From an uncultured Methanosarcinaceae archaeon (lineage in GTDB: Archaea; Halobacteriota; Methanosarcinia; Methanosarcinales; Methanosarcinaceae), in the NCBI GenBank assembly GCA_963847185.1, contig CAWJYV010000008.1:1056001-1120000 (forward strand): 64,000 nucleotides of DNA, read 5' to 3'. Below are positions 30,746-42,242 of the stretch, in pieces; within the stretch, counting starts at the first letter, position 1; the number at the start of each line of letters is the position of its first letter. The position numbers and the translations under genes were made by a program. The notes under the pieces are model-generated. The model saw only the letters and a program-made list of their open reading frames with translations, was not told where the DNA came from and searched no databases.

Positions 30746-31653
30746 TTGTCCCCACCATTTGCCTTACATAAAGCTGAAATTTTCAAGCTCAAATTTTTTC
30801 TGGTTTAAGTATAAAAATACGAATTAGATTAATTTTAATTTGTTGGGAAGTATTTAATTGCTTATTGATTTATTACATCAGTTATTATATAAATAGAACT
30901 GATCCCCAATATATAATTACAAATGTAAAATACCTTCTAATTATAGTTGCATTTCAATATTTATTAGGAAACCTTTGAATTTTGTAGTGACATGCTGACT
31001 ATTTTTAACCTGAATTCCTGGCCAATTTTGAAGTTTGTACCTGTCCTAAATAGCAAAGTAACAAAAGCATCGGATTTAATTAAGAGTAAGTCTTGAGTTC
31101 AAATATCACTTCTGTCAATGCTGGTTCGAGATTTACAGAAACTCAACCTTCAAAGGAAGTATGATGGATATTCATCTGGAGCTTCACTTCCGATCAGTAT
31201 AGTACTCAACACGCTCCTTCAGGAACAAAGAGCGTAACTCCTCAGGACGAGTCGGAATCCTAACCGCAATCTATCAGAATCATCTTTGATGGCATATAAA
31301 TAATATCTCCCGCAGGCAGGTGAAAATAGATATCGGTATGCTTTAGGAAAGATATTACTATTGAAATGGAAGAAAAAGAGGTAATACATTGAGACTCGCA
31401 TGAGACTTTCTATCTTCTCCCTTTTATACTGTCATATGGAGAACTCGATGATGTGGAAAAGTAACAGTTAATTATATCCTCAATTTCTTATACTGTCTAT
31501 GAATTTTTTATTTACTGAAACAGCGCTGAAAAGACCTTGAATCTCTCTGCCATAGTTTCCGTACGAGGTCTGACAAAAGTAATTCAAAGTCCTGTCGTGT
31601 ATGGAATCCCATAGAAGAAGTAAAACAGTAAACTGATATAAATAAAAGGTATT

Positions 31654-32158
31654 GGTACTTAAGTATTGGTATATATTATGAGTAACTATATTTCTGTATG
31701 AACTGTCCAAGATGTAAGAGTCCCGATCACAAAAAGAACGGTAAAGTTGATGGCCGTCAACGCTACAAATGCTCTGATTGTGGATATAATTATTCAGTAG
31801 AGCTAAAATCAACTGCTAGTTCCGCATCTGTTAAGAGACAGGCTTTACAACTCTATCTTGAAGGATTAGGTTTTCGCTCAATAGGACGTTTTTTGGGAGT
31901 AAGTCATGTTTCTATCCAAAAATGGATAAAGAAATTTGGTCAGGAGCTAGAGGAACTAAGAAGCGAAAATGAGATCTCTATTGTTGAAATGGATGAGATG
32001 CACACTTACATCGGTAACAAAAAAAATATTGCTGGATCTGGATTGCTGTTAATAGATTTGGGAAAAAGTTCATCAACTGCTCTTTTGGCAGCAGAGGGAC
32101 GGAAACTGGACAAAAACTCTGGGAAAAATTAATGGAAAAAGAGATCGAACAAGTGATG
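31654..32158 (+). mobile_element. Truncated IS1-family element (InsA plus the start of InsB via -1 frameshift)
   Basis: MNCPRC...QRYKCSDC zinc finger, HTH, EMDEMHTY; A8 run at 32019-32026 leads into YCWIWIAV; homology ends at about 32158 with no right IR; probable left end GGTACTTAAG at 31654. Confidence 0.85.
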
Positions 32159-33401
32159 TACTGTTATTGAGTACTGTTATTAGATACATTGGGGTTTCTA
32201 AAGGAACGACTTCTTGCTCTGGATTAGGTACAGATACTAGAGGCAGGTAATCTGTAACGTTGGTTTCATTGTATGCTACATCTGCAATACCATCGTTATT
32301 CTCATCCGGTGCGGTTTCAGAAAAGCCCGCTCCTCCTGGTCTTGCCCAGAAGTTTCCTGCTAGGTAGGGTCCGCCGACAATGTTCTTGCCTTCAATTCTT
32401 TTTACATTCCAGTGGTTTTTACTATTGCCTATGTCTGCGTTATACATATTGTTAAGATAATTATTAAAAACAGTATTGTTGTCGCAAGCTGGACACATGG
32501 AAAGGCCTGAGTCAGCGTTTGAAGCAATAATATTTCCGTAAAGTATGTTACTGTCAGAGGAATCCAGATGAATCCCGTAGTTCGTTTTATTAGCTGTATT
32601 TCCGGAGATTGTGCTGTAGTTTGAACGTGATATCCAGATTCCATAATTGGCATTTTCGGAGACATTATTACCTGAAATTATGCTCATGTTCGAATTTACA
32701 AGGTAAATGCCCATATCATTTTCAATTGCCGTGTTATTACTGAAGGTATTGTTGCTTGAATTAATCAGGTAAAAACCGTAGCCTGTATTGAAGTTTGCCA
32801 TATTGTTTGTCAGGTTATTATCGCTGCTATTACTCTCTAAGACAATTCCGTGAGCATTTGAATTTGCCGTGTTGTTAAAGAATATATTATTTTCAGAGCG
32901 AACGAGATGGATTCCGTATATTTTGTTTGAGTTTACGATGTTGTTCGAGATTTTATTATTTTTTGAGCTGCTTAGAGATAACCCAAGAGAATTTTCAGAA
33001 AGATTATTGCTAGAGATGGTACAGTTACTGCATGCAGCCATATGGATTCCTGTCACGTCCGAATAATTGGCTGCCTGAATTTTAAAACCACTAATTGTCG
33101 CATTATTTGCTCGTAAATATAATACATTTACACTCGAATTACTCGCTCCTATTATTGTATCCTCAGAATTCCCGGTTTCTGATCTTAGTACAAGATCATC
33201 CTTTGTTAGCACTATACTTTCAGTATAATTTCCTGGACTTATAACTATTTCATCTCCTGAACTTGCATTGTTTATTGCACCCTGTATCGATTCTCCTTGC
33301 TGAACAAAAATCTCGGCTGCAATTCCGGTGCTTGAGTTTAACGTGAAAATAAGAAAAGTTACAGCTAAAGCGATAAATCTGTTAATCTTAATCCCCCACA
33401 T
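32073..33401 (-). CDS. NosD-type right-handed beta-helix surface protein; C-terminus runs into IS1 sequence
   Basis: Signal peptide; GI-x-L-x-x-S-x-NN repeats; NIVGGPYLAGNFWARPGG; DYLPL. Confidence 0.85.
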   Translation of the reverse strand: MWGIKINRFIALAVTFLIFTLNSSTGIAAEIFVQQGESIQGAINNASSGDEIVISPGNYTESIVLTKDDLVLRSETGNSEDTIIGASNSSVNVLYLRANNATISGFKIQAANYSDVTGIHMAACSNCTISSNNLSENSLGLSLSSSKNNKISNNIVNSNKIYGIHLVRSENNIFFNNTANSNAHGIVLESNSSDNNLTNNMANFNTGYGFYLINSSNNTFSNNTAIENDMGIYLVNSNMSIISGNNVSENANYGIWISRSNYSTISGNTANKTNYGIHLDSSDSNILYGNIIASNADSGLSMCPACDNNTVFNNYLNNMYNADIGNSKNHWNVKRIEGKNIVGGPYLAGNFWARPGGAGFSETAPDENNDGIADVAYNETNVTDYLPLVSVPNPEQEVVPLETPMYLITVLNNSTSLVRSLFPLIFPRVFVQFPSLCCQKSS

Positions 33402-33721
33402 TCGATTTTAATTACTATTTAGCTTCTTATAAGCAAACAATAACTTTAATGTCAAATAATATGAATATAATAGATTAGAGTAATATCAAAATGAAGACAT
33501 AAAAGTTTAAAGTAACTTATAATCAGCAGGTAATTTACTGAAATAAACCCTATAGTTCTCTTTTCTATATTTCTTTGCTTACTGCAGTAATTAAACATTG
33601 AAATAAAGAAGAGATTAAGATGAATGAAGAGAGAAGAGATAATAGGAAGAAAATAAAAGTTTAAAAGAAGATTGTTTTTATTTTAAAACCTTCTTCTCTC
33701 TGAAACAGACGTTAAAAAAGC

Positions 33722-36700
33722 TCAATTGAAGTGCTCTTCTTTTTCAAGGCATTTTAAGGCTTCGAGTTTTCTCTTTGCGTCTGCCATGTCAGGATGGAGG
33801 CGGAGAATTTCATCGAAGGTCCTTATAGCTTCTCCGTATCTTTCCATTTTTCCAAGGACAACTCCTCTGTAGTTCATGGCCTGGACATCATGCGGGTTTA
33901 TTCTGAGCAGCCTGTCAAAAGCTTTTAAGGCTTCCTCATATTCCTCGATCTTGCCGAGGGAGATTCCAAGATATCTCAGGGACGGTTCATGCCAGGGGTT
34001 GAGGGTAACGGCTTCGCTAAAGGCTTTGGCTGCAGTCTCATAGAGTTTTTGTTTGAAGCAGACAACACCTATATTGTAAATCGCTTTGATGTTTTTAGGA
34101 TCCTTATCCAGTACGAGATCAAAAGTTTTCAGGGCTTCCCTGTACAGTTCGAGCGTACAGAAAGCAACTCCTTTGTAGTTCAAAACATCAAGGTTCTCAG
34201 GGGAACTTTCCAGAATACGGTCAAAATAGCCAAGGGCCTCCTGGGCTCTATCGAGCTTGATAAGGGTTGTGGCTGCATTGTAAAGAGCTTCTTCATTCTC
34301 AGGATTGAAAAGTACAGCTTTTTCAAAGGCTTTGAGGGCTTCGGATGGCTTATCGAGTTCCAGGAGACATAAGCCGAGATAGTTCAGGCTTTCAGGGTCT
34401 TCGGGCTCACTTTCAAGCAGCATTCCAAAGTTTCCGGCAGCAGCTTCGTATTCCCCAAGGTTAAAAAGCACAATAGCTCTGTAATAGAGAGCTTCTCTGT
34501 GGGTAGCTTCCTGCTCCAGAATCATTTCAAAGGCGTGCAGGGCTTTTTCATAGTCCTGAAGCTCCAGTCTGGCAATCCCGAGCCTGTAATAAGCTTCAAT
34601 AAAGTCCGGGAGATCGGGATTAAAAAGAAGCGCTCTTTCAAGGTCTCTTGCGGTTTCCTTAAAATTCTGAAGCTTGTAATTGGCCACTGAACGGCTGTAA
34701 AGGGAATTCACATTTTCGGAGTTAAGGAAAAGAGCTGAATTAAAGGCCTGCAGGGCTTCTTCATACCTTTCAAATCCGAGAAGAGCAAGTCCTTTTTGCT
34801 CCCAGGCTGCTTCCAGGGCAGGATCGAGTTTCAGGGCCATTTCAAAGGCTTCAACTGCCTTTTCATTCTGGTCAAGTCCCCTTAAGGCAAGCCCTTTTAA
34901 GTACCAGATCTCTGCAGCCTGATGCCTTGCCTCAACTATCTTTTCAAAAGTCTCAAGGGCCGCCTCATAAAGTTCCATCTTAAGCTTGCAAAGTCCCATC
35001 TTTGTCCAGGTGTCTTCGAGCTCGAAGTCATTTAATTTCAAGCTTTCATCCTGATTTTCGGGGCTTTCCAGAACAGCCTGTTCGAAAGATTCAAGGGCAT
35101 CTTCATATTCTTCCAGAGAAAAAAGAGCAAGTCCTCTCCTGTACCAGGCTTTCTCGTAGTCCGGATAGATTGAAAGGAGTTCTGAAAAGATATCAAGGGC
35201 TTCTTCCAGCCTGCCGAGTTCCATAAGTACAAGTCCTTTGCTGTAAAAGACTTCTTTTGAGGCTGATTCGCTTGCTGTTAATTTTCCAAGCGGCAGAAGA
35301 GCTTCTTCATATTTTCCGAGTTCTATCAGGGAAACCGCAAACTTTTCGAGAAGTTCAGTGAAGGCTTGAGAGTTTTCTTCTGTGTTTAATTCTCCCCATT
35401 CTTCTCCATTCCCACTTTCACTCTCACTAATTTTTTCTCGATTAAAGCTCTCAGCTGCAAATTCAAGAAGAGCGTTTACAGCAGAAACAGCTTCTTCTGC
35501 CCTGCCGAGTTCGAAAAGAGCAAGAGTTCTTTTGTGCAGGACTTTGGGGTCAGTTTCTCCGGTTTCAAGAATTCTGTCAAAAGCTTCAATTGCTTTTTCA
35601 TATTCTTTGATTTCGAAGCAGGCAAGTCCTGTATAATAGGGGAGATCGGGTTTCTGGCAACCAAGTTCAAGGGCGTTTTCAAAGGAGTTCAGGGCTTCTT
35701 CAAAGTTACCCAGTTTGAAACAGGCAATAGCCCTGCAGTAATGCAGTTCTTCTTTTTCCTGGCAGTATTCAAGGGCTGCTTTAAATGCCTCAACAGCTTC
35801 TTCATATTCATCAAGCTCAAAGTGGGTATACCCTTTCTGCTCCAGGGCGTAAGTGCAGTCAGGTTTCAGGTTAAGGACCGAATCAAAAATAGCTGAAGCT
35901 TCTCTGGTTTTTCCTAGGGCTTTTAAGGCAAGTCCCTTTCTGAAAAGGACTGTTTTTCTCTCAGGTGTTTTCCTTAAAACCTGATCAAAGATCTCAATGG
36001 CTTCCTCATAATTCCCGAGTTTAAAGCAGGCTGTACTGAGGTGTGCAATAGCTTCTTGATTGGAAGGATCTCTTCTGAGGACTTCTCTGAAACCCGATGC
36101 TGCCTCCTCGTATTTCTCCAGCCGCAGTAAAGAGAGACTTTTCATATAGATAATGTCAAGGTTTCCGGGATCTGTTTCAAGTATTATGTCAAAAGCCTTT
36201 AAAGCTTCGTCAAAATTCCCAATTTCGAAACAGGAAATTCCCAGTTGGTAGCAGGCATCCTTATAGGCGGGATTGATCTCAAGAACTTTTTTGAAGTCCT
36301 TTGAGGCTTCTTCATTCTGCTTTAATTTTGAATTGGATAAGCCCCTCAGGTACCAGGCATCTGCTGACATGGGATTCTCTTCGAGAAGTCTGGAAAATGC
36401 CTCAAGAGCTTTCTCATAAGCTTCAAGTCGGATAAAAGTAAGCCCTTTCCAGTAAAGGGCAGAGGAGTTTATTTCAGATGGATTTTGTGTAGAAGCACCT
36501 TGTGTAGAACTATTTCGTAAAGGTGAGTTTTTACCGGGACTTTCACCTATCTCTTCAAAAAGAGAAAGAGCTTTATCATACTGTCCTGCTTCGAAGCTGG
36601 CAATTCCAAGCTCAAACTTCACTTCTTCCCTGTTGGGGTCAAGCTCCAGCACCTGGGAAAAGACTTCAGCCGCTTCTTCATACCTCTCCAACTGCATGAG

Positions 36701-39205
36701 AGAGAATGCAGTTTTCTGAAGGGCAGAGGCATTCTCGGGATCTCTTGCGAGCACATCCTCAAGATCTTCCAGAGCAGCTTCATATTGTTCGGTTTCGAAA
36801 AGGCAAAGGGCCCTGTACTCAAGGGCTTCTTTCAGTTCCGGATTAAGGCGGAGAGCTATTTCAAATGCAGTAGCCGCTTCTCCCTGCCTGTTCATTCTAT
36901 AGAGGCTAAGGCCTTTGTAGAGCCAGGGTAGGTCAAGGTAAGGTTTTTCCTTTAGAGCGCTTTCAAGGGTTTCAAGGGCAGAAATATAATCCTCAAGCTG
37001 CATCTGCGCAAAGCCTTTGTAGATTAGCGCATCCTCGTGATGTTCATCCCTTGCAATTACCTCATCAAAAGTTTTTATAGCCTCTTCAAAACGCTCCATC
37101 TTTATCAGAATTAGCCCTTTTCTGTACCAGACTTCTATGGACTCCGGTTTCTGGCAGAGCAGCTGTTCAAAAGCCTGAAGGGCAGTTTCATATTTCCCGA
37201 GTTCCATTGCAAGTATGCCTTTCCTGTACTGGATGTCCAGATCCTCGGGAATTTTTGCAGTAATCTTTTCAAAAGTTTCCAGAGCTTCTTCCTGCTTTCC
37301 AAGTTCCAGCTGAACGGTTCCAAGCGTGTACAGGAGATCAGGGTAATCCTGATTGAGAGAAAGAACTTTTTTGAAGTATTCCAGGGCAGTTTCCTGTCTT
37401 CCGAGTTTTGAAAGGCAAACTCCCCTGTTGTAAATGGAATCGATATCCTCGGGGCTTGTTTTAAGAATTTCGGCAAAGGCTTCATCTGCTTTTTCGTATT
37501 CTTCTGAAGCCAGTAAAATCAGCCCTTTGTTTCTCCAGGCATCTTCAAAATCCGGCCTGAGTTTAATAGCTTCCTCAAATGCCTGCATGGCTTCTTCTAC
37601 TCTGCCCAGCTCTCCCAGTACTATCCCTTTTTTGTTCCAGCTTTTTTCTTGATATGGATTCAGCTTGAGGCCTTCTTCAAACGCTTTGAGGGCTTCTTCA
37701 TATCTTTCCAGGGAGTGCAGGGCAAAACCCTTATTCATCCAGCAGAGCTCGTTTTCAGGATTCAGCTCGGTAGCCTTTTCAAAAGCTTTCAGGGAAGGCT
37801 CTAATTTTTCACTGTCAAGGAGGATTAGCCCTTGCTGAAGCCATAGCTTATAGTTTTCGGGTTCTTTCTCGAGGCTCTTTGCAAGAGACTCAAGGGCTTC
37901 TTCAAAACGGCTAAGGGCGATGAGCACTGTGCCTCTGAATTTCTGAGCTTCTATAGAATCAGGATTATGTTCGAGTACGAGATCGAAGGCTTTGAGAGCT
38001 TTTTCATATTTTCCTATCCTGGCAAGCAGGCGTCCCTGCTGAAATCCTGCATCTCCATAAATAGGGTCAAGTTCGGTAATCTTAGAAAGGGACATTGCAG
38101 CCTCTTCAAAACGCTGCAATTTCAAAAGGGCAAGAGATCTGTTATACCAGATTTCTTTCATTTCCGGATATATCTTGAGCACTGAATCAAAAGCCTCAAG
38201 GGCTTCTTCATAAACCTCAAGTTTCATGAGGGCAAGGCATTTGTAGTTCCAGGCTTCTAAGTAAGTTTCATCAAGCCTGACAGCCTCATCAAATGCGTCT
38301 ATGGCTTCATTTAGCCTGAGAAGCTGAATTAAAGCAAGGCCTTTCCTGAGCCAGACTTCTTTGTTATCCGGATTAATTTTCAATATTTTTGAAAAAGTTT
38401 TTTCAGCTTCTTCGTAGCGAGATAGTTCATTCAAGAGAAGACCCTTATGATAGAGAGCTGTTTCGCTGGCAGGAATTTTTCTTAAAAAGGAATCAATGCA
38501 TTCCAGAGCTTCCTCATTTTTCCCGAGTTTTTCAAGAGAAAGGCATTTTTGCTCCAGGGCATCAGCATACTTCAGGTTTCCCTGTATTAGATAATTAAAG
38601 CATTCTAGGGCTTTTTCATGTTCTCCGAGCTTTGAAAGGACAAGCCCTTTTGAGTAGCAAGCTTCCGGATTTTTCTGGTTAATTTCAAGTGTATGCCCAA
38701 AGCTTTCGAGAGCTTCTTCATACCTTTCTGCTTTTCCTTCTACTGTCCCTTTTGCATACCAGGCTGCTTCACATTCAGGTTCAAGCTCAAGAACTTTCTC
38801 AAAACAAAGTACAGAAGCCTCAATTCTCCCCCGTTCGGCAAACACAAGTCCTTTCTGATACCATATTTTCGGAATATCGGGACTTATTTCGAGAGCATCG
38901 TCGTAGGCTTCCAGTGCCTCTTCAAATCTCCCGAGGGTAGCCAGAGCATTAGCTTTTTTGTACAGGGCATCGGAATTTTCTGGCTCCAACTGCAGGACTT
39001 GGTTAATAGACACGAGGGCCTCATCTGTTTTCTTAATCTTCAGCAGGGCAACTCCTCTATTAAAAAGGGCTCCTGTATGCTTTGGATCTCTTTCCACGAT
39101 TTTGTTGAAAATATTAATCGATTTTTCGTACCTTTTGTGTTTAACCAGCTCAAGGCCTCTCTGAAAAGCTTCATCGTAACTGATAAGTAATTCCTCCAAT
39201 CCCAT
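33722..39205 (-). CDS. Giant tetratricopeptide-repeat protein (1827 aa)
   Basis: Continuous 34-aa TPR units (W/L-Y-x-K-G...Y-E-E-A-L-x-A-F...P). Confidence 0.95.
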   Translation of the reverse strand: MGLEELLISYDEAFQRGLELVKHKRYEKSINIFNKIVERDPKHTGALFNRGVALLKIKKTDEALVSINQVLQLEPENSDALYKKANALATLGRFEEALEAYDDALEISPDIPKIWYQKGLVFAERGRIEASVLCFEKVLELEPECEAAWYAKGTVEGKAERYEEALESFGHTLEINQKNPEACYSKGLVLSKLGEHEKALECFNYLIQGNLKYADALEQKCLSLEKLGKNEEALECIDSFLRKIPASETALYHKGLLLNELSRYEEAEKTFSKILKINPDNKEVWLRKGLALIQLLRLNEAIDAFDEAVRLDETYLEAWNYKCLALMKLEVYEEALEAFDSVLKIYPEMKEIWYNRSLALLKLQRFEEAAMSLSKITELDPIYGDAGFQQGRLLARIGKYEKALKAFDLVLEHNPDSIEAQKFRGTVLIALSRFEEALESLAKSLEKEPENYKLWLQQGLILLDSEKLEPSLKAFEKATELNPENELCWMNKGFALHSLERYEEALKAFEEGLKLNPYQEKSWNKKGIVLGELGRVEEAMQAFEEAIKLRPDFEDAWRNKGLILLASEEYEKADEAFAEILKTSPEDIDSIYNRGVCLSKLGRQETALEYFKKVLSLNQDYPDLLYTLGTVQLELGKQEEALETFEKITAKIPEDLDIQYRKGILAMELGKYETALQAFEQLLCQKPESIEVWYRKGLILIKMERFEEAIKTFDEVIARDEHHEDALIYKGFAQMQLEDYISALETLESALKEKPYLDLPWLYKGLSLYRMNRQGEAATAFEIALRLNPELKEALEYRALCLFETEQYEAALEDLEDVLARDPENASALQKTAFSLMQLERYEEAAEVFSQVLELDPNREEVKFELGIASFEAGQYDKALSLFEEIGESPGKNSPLRNSSTQGASTQNPSEINSSALYWKGLTFIRLEAYEKALEAFSRLLEENPMSADAWYLRGLSNSKLKQNEEASKDFKKVLEINPAYKDACYQLGISCFEIGNFDEALKAFDIILETDPGNLDIIYMKSLSLLRLEKYEEAASGFREVLRRDPSNQEAIAHLSTACFKLGNYEEAIEIFDQVLRKTPERKTVLFRKGLALKALGKTREASAIFDSVLNLKPDCTYALEQKGYTHFELDEYEEAVEAFKAALEYCQEKEELHYCRAIACFKLGNFEEALNSFENALELGCQKPDLPYYTGLACFEIKEYEKAIEAFDRILETGETDPKVLHKRTLALFELGRAEEAVSAVNALLEFAAESFNREKISESESGNGEEWGELNTEENSQAFTELLEKFAVSLIELGKYEEALLPLGKLTASESASKEVFYSKGLVLMELGRLEEALDIFSELLSIYPDYEKAWYRRGLALFSLEEYEDALESFEQAVLESPENQDESLKLNDFELEDTWTKMGLCKLKMELYEAALETFEKIVEARHQAAEIWYLKGLALRGLDQNEKAVEAFEMALKLDPALEAAWEQKGLALLGFERYEEALQAFNSALFLNSENVNSLYSRSVANYKLQNFKETARDLERALLFNPDLPDFIEAYYRLGIARLELQDYEKALHAFEMILEQEATHREALYYRAIVLFNLGEYEAAAGNFGMLLESEPEDPESLNYLGLCLLELDKPSEALKAFEKAVLFNPENEEALYNAATTLIKLDRAQEALGYFDRILESSPENLDVLNYKGVAFCTLELYREALKTFDLVLDKDPKNIKAIYNIGVVCFKQKLYETAAKAFSEAVTLNPWHEPSLRYLGISLGKIEEYEEALKAFDRLLRINPHDVQAMNYRGVVLGKMERYGEAIRTFDEILRLHPDMADAKRKLEALKCLEKEEHFN

Positions 39206-39861
39206 TTTTCAAAATATTATTCCTGCAGGCCCAGGTAGATAAGAGTTTTTATGGGGTTTTTATTCTGTTACAATTCCTTTATCCTGTTTTAGTTTTCTTA
39301 TTCTGCCTTAACTCCTTTATCCGGCTTTTTCGGCTTCAGAGTTTTTGTGAGTTTTTCTCGCGACTAAAAACTCTTTTGTAATAAGTATGGTAAATATGAC
39401 GTCTTATTGAGCTGTCTTTCTGAAATACTCATAAGCACTAAATGTATAAAACGTACAAATGTACAAATGTACTCTGAATAAATATTAAATGTATAAATGT
39501 ACAGTTTTGTAAATGTATTAATGTATAAATGTGTAAGTGTATAAATTTGCAGCATACTAACTTATTTCTATATTTAGCTTGCTGTGAGCAATTAATGACT
39601 TTTTCTCAGACATCTTTTTTAGGCAAGGTTCTAACATTAAATCTTAAAGTTGACACAATATTTCCTGACTAAAATCTATATCTTTATTAATTTTATTTAG
39701 AATCTATCTTCTAACATCCTATATAAATAATCCTCCATAAATGAGATTGGTAGGGTGCTCTATCATTTATCTTTTAATAGTGCTTTTTAAAGGATATACA
39801 TAAATAACCTAGAAGGTGGCTTACTGCGTAATAAAATATAAATAGATGTTCTATATATGAT

Positions 39862-40392
39862 TTAATTTCCAAAGCTTTTCTGGATTGCTCCCCAAAGATG
39901 CCTGCATGTTTTTTCATTGAAACAGACAAGAAAGATTGTTTCAGGCAGATCATTTCCCTGAATAAAATTTCTTATTTCGCTGACTGCAATCTCTGCAGCC
40001 CTTTCTGAAGGAAATGAGTATGTACCCGTACTTATTGCTGGAAAAGCAATAGTTTTTACGGAGTATTCTCTGGCAATTTCAAGACTCTCTCTATAACATG
40101 AAGCAAGTAAGTTTTCTTCTTCCTCTCTCCCTCCTCTCCAGATGGGGCCAACAGTATGAATAACCCATTTTACGGGCAGAAGATAACCCTTTGTTATTTT
40201 TGCTTTCCCTGTAGGGCATCCGTTCAGTGTTCTGCATTCTTCCAGCAGTCCGGGGCCTGCAGCTCTATGGATGGCTCCATCTACTCCTCCACCTCCAAGT
40301 AAAGTGGAATTCGCAGCGTTTACGACAGCATCCACTTCGAGTTTTACGATATCTCCTTCAATTACCTTTATTCTGTCTGAACTTTGTACCAT
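39862..40392 (-). CDS. Macrodomain O-acetyl-ADP-ribose deacetylase / ADP-ribosylhydrolase (YmdB-like)
   Basis: [33 protein letters not shown]. Confidence 0.95.
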   Translation of the reverse strand: MVQSSDRIKVIEGDIVKLEVDAVVNAANSTLLGGGGVDGAIHRAAGPGLLEECRTLNGCPTGKAKITKGYLLPVKWVIHTVGPIWRGGREEEENLLASCYRESLEIAREYSVKTIAFPAISTGTYSFPSERAAEIAVSEIRNFIQGNDLPETIFLVCFNEKTCRHLWGAIQKSFGN

Positions 40393-40704
40393 CTTCGGAC
40401 TCCTTTCTGGTAGACTTCATTCTGTAATTATGTATTAACAACGTTTTTCGGTTTTTCTTTCTCCCAAACAATGATATATCATAAAACAGAGATTATAATG
40501 CTAATTTCTGACCTGGAGATTCCAGTGTCATGATGGCAATGTCTTCTTCCCGGATAGCTCTAAAAACTTTTTATGCCTCAAGGGGTCACTGAGGTTAATT
40601 CTGATAGAGCCTGGTCCAAAAACTCAATTGCATATTATTGGATAAACAAAAACGACTTTTAATTAAATTTAATTTTGGAAATTGAATATTTGGGGATATC
40701 GAAG

Positions 40705-41724
40705 ATGAGTGATATGACACTTAAAGAGAGACTATTAAACGCTCTAGAAGGAAAAAAAGTTGATAAAGTTCCTGTTTGTTCGGTGACTCAAACGGGAATT
40801 GTGGAGCTTATGGACGAAGTTGGGGCTCCATGGCCTGATGCCCATACCGACCCTGAACTTATGGCAAAACTGGCAATTGCAAACCATGAACTGAGCGGTC
40901 TTGAAGCCGTAAGGCTTCCTTACTGCCTGACTGTGCTTGCCGAAGCCATGGGCTGTGAGGTCAATATGGGGACAAAAAATAGGCAGCCTTCGGTTACTGC
41001 GCATCCTTATCCTAAGGATCTGGAGGGCCTTAAAATGCCCGAAAATCTACTTGGAACAAAAAGGATTCCTGCTGTGCTCGAAGCTATAAAGATCATAAGA
41101 GAAAAGGTGGGTCCAGATGTTCCAGTTATTGGGGGTATGGAAGGTCCAGTTACTCTTGCCTCTGACCTCTCAAGTGTGAAATCTTTCATGAAGTGGTCCT
41201 TGAAGAAACCTGATCTTTTTGGGCAGATCCTGGATTTCGCAACTGAGGCCACTATAGTTTATGCTAATGCAATGGTTGAAGCAGGTGCTGACATCATTTC
41301 TGTTGCAGACCCTGTTGCGTCTCCGGATCTCATGAGCCCTGATACTTTTAAAGCCGAACTCGAGTCCAGGCTGCAGAATTTCTCAGGGAATGTCAACTCT
41401 GTGACTGTTCTCCACGTCTGTGGCAACGTGAACTCTATCCTCAACTATATGGCAGACTGCGGTTTTGAAGGTCTCAGTGTCGAAGAAAAGATAGGCAGCG
41501 CAAAGAAAGCAAAGGAAGTCATCGGAAACAGGGCCAGATTTGTAGGGAACATTTCCAGTCCATTTACCTTATTGCCTGGCCCTATTGACAAGATAAAAGC
41601 TGAATCAAAACAGGCTTTATCGGACGGTGTTGATGTGCTTGCTCCGGGTTGCGGAATTGCACCTATGACTCCTCTTGCCAATATCAAAGCAATGGTTGAA
41701 GCGAGGAACGAGTATTACGCTTGA
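40705..41724 (+). CDS. mtaA: Methylcobamide:CoM methyltransferase MtaA (probably the mtaA2 paralog)
   Basis: VPVCSVTQTG, HVC and LAPGCG zinc ligands; convergent with mtaCB as in the known mtaA2/mtaCB3 locus. Confidence 0.92.
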   Translation: MSDMTLKERLLNALEGKKVDKVPVCSVTQTGIVELMDEVGAPWPDAHTDPELMAKLAIANHELSGLEAVRLPYCLTVLAEAMGCEVNMGTKNRQPSVTAHPYPKDLEGLKMPENLLGTKRIPAVLEAIKIIREKVGPDVPVIGGMEGPVTLASDLSSVKSFMKWSLKKPDLFGQILDFATEATIVYANAMVEAGADIISVADPVASPDLMSPDTFKAELESRLQNFSGNVNSVTVLHVCGNVNSILNYMADCGFEGLSVEEKIGSAKKAKEVIGNRARFVGNISSPFTLLPGPIDKIKAESKQALSDGVDVLAPGCGIAPMTPLANIKAMVEARNEYYA

Positions 41725-41989
41725 TTAATTGAAAAATAGCTCTGCTTAATTTTTAATTTCATTTTTTAATCTTAATGCGTTTTAAGAGATTTTTTCATTT
41801 TTTTATTTTTCATTCTCTATTTTCGGCATTGACACCTGCGATCTCAGCTCTTCTTTAAGATTACTTCTTACTTTATCTTTGGCCTTCAGGTTATTCTTCG
41901 TTTGAGTCTGTTTTTGTTTGTCTCTTTGTGAAATTAACTTGCTGGCTTTAAATCACGAATTTTCAATTCTGACTGGCTTGAACTGAAGT

Positions 41990-42025
41990 CTGGGAGCCCG
42001 CCCTGAATTGCGACTTGCCCGAATC
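41990..42025 (-). repeat. Fragment of the dispersed GC-rich repeat, inverted
   Basis: Reverse complement contains TCGCAATTCAGG and GCGGGCTCCC, motifs also in copy A. Confidence 0.5.
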
Positions 42026-42242
42026 TTCGCTTATTTTCTTAGTGGGGTGGACTGTCTCAATTCCGGCGCAGCGCAGGCAAAGGATCTTCAGTTAATAGGG
42101 GCAGCCAACAGTGAAGGTCTTCAGCTATAGGAGTCAAGCTGCAAGAAAAGTGTACTGAAAGAGAAATCCGGAAATTATCCAAAACAATTATTTTAAGCAT
42201 TTTTTTTCGGAATAAAGAAAATAAAGAAGAAGTACAATCTGG

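Noticed and set aside
31050-31620. Coding-like fragments left of IS1
   Set aside because: Stops in all frames and no family recognised
20746-40392. TIR plus macrodomain as a Thoeris system
   Set aside because: 19 kb apart; the macrodomain is a stand-alone YmdB type with no SIR2 or TM effector
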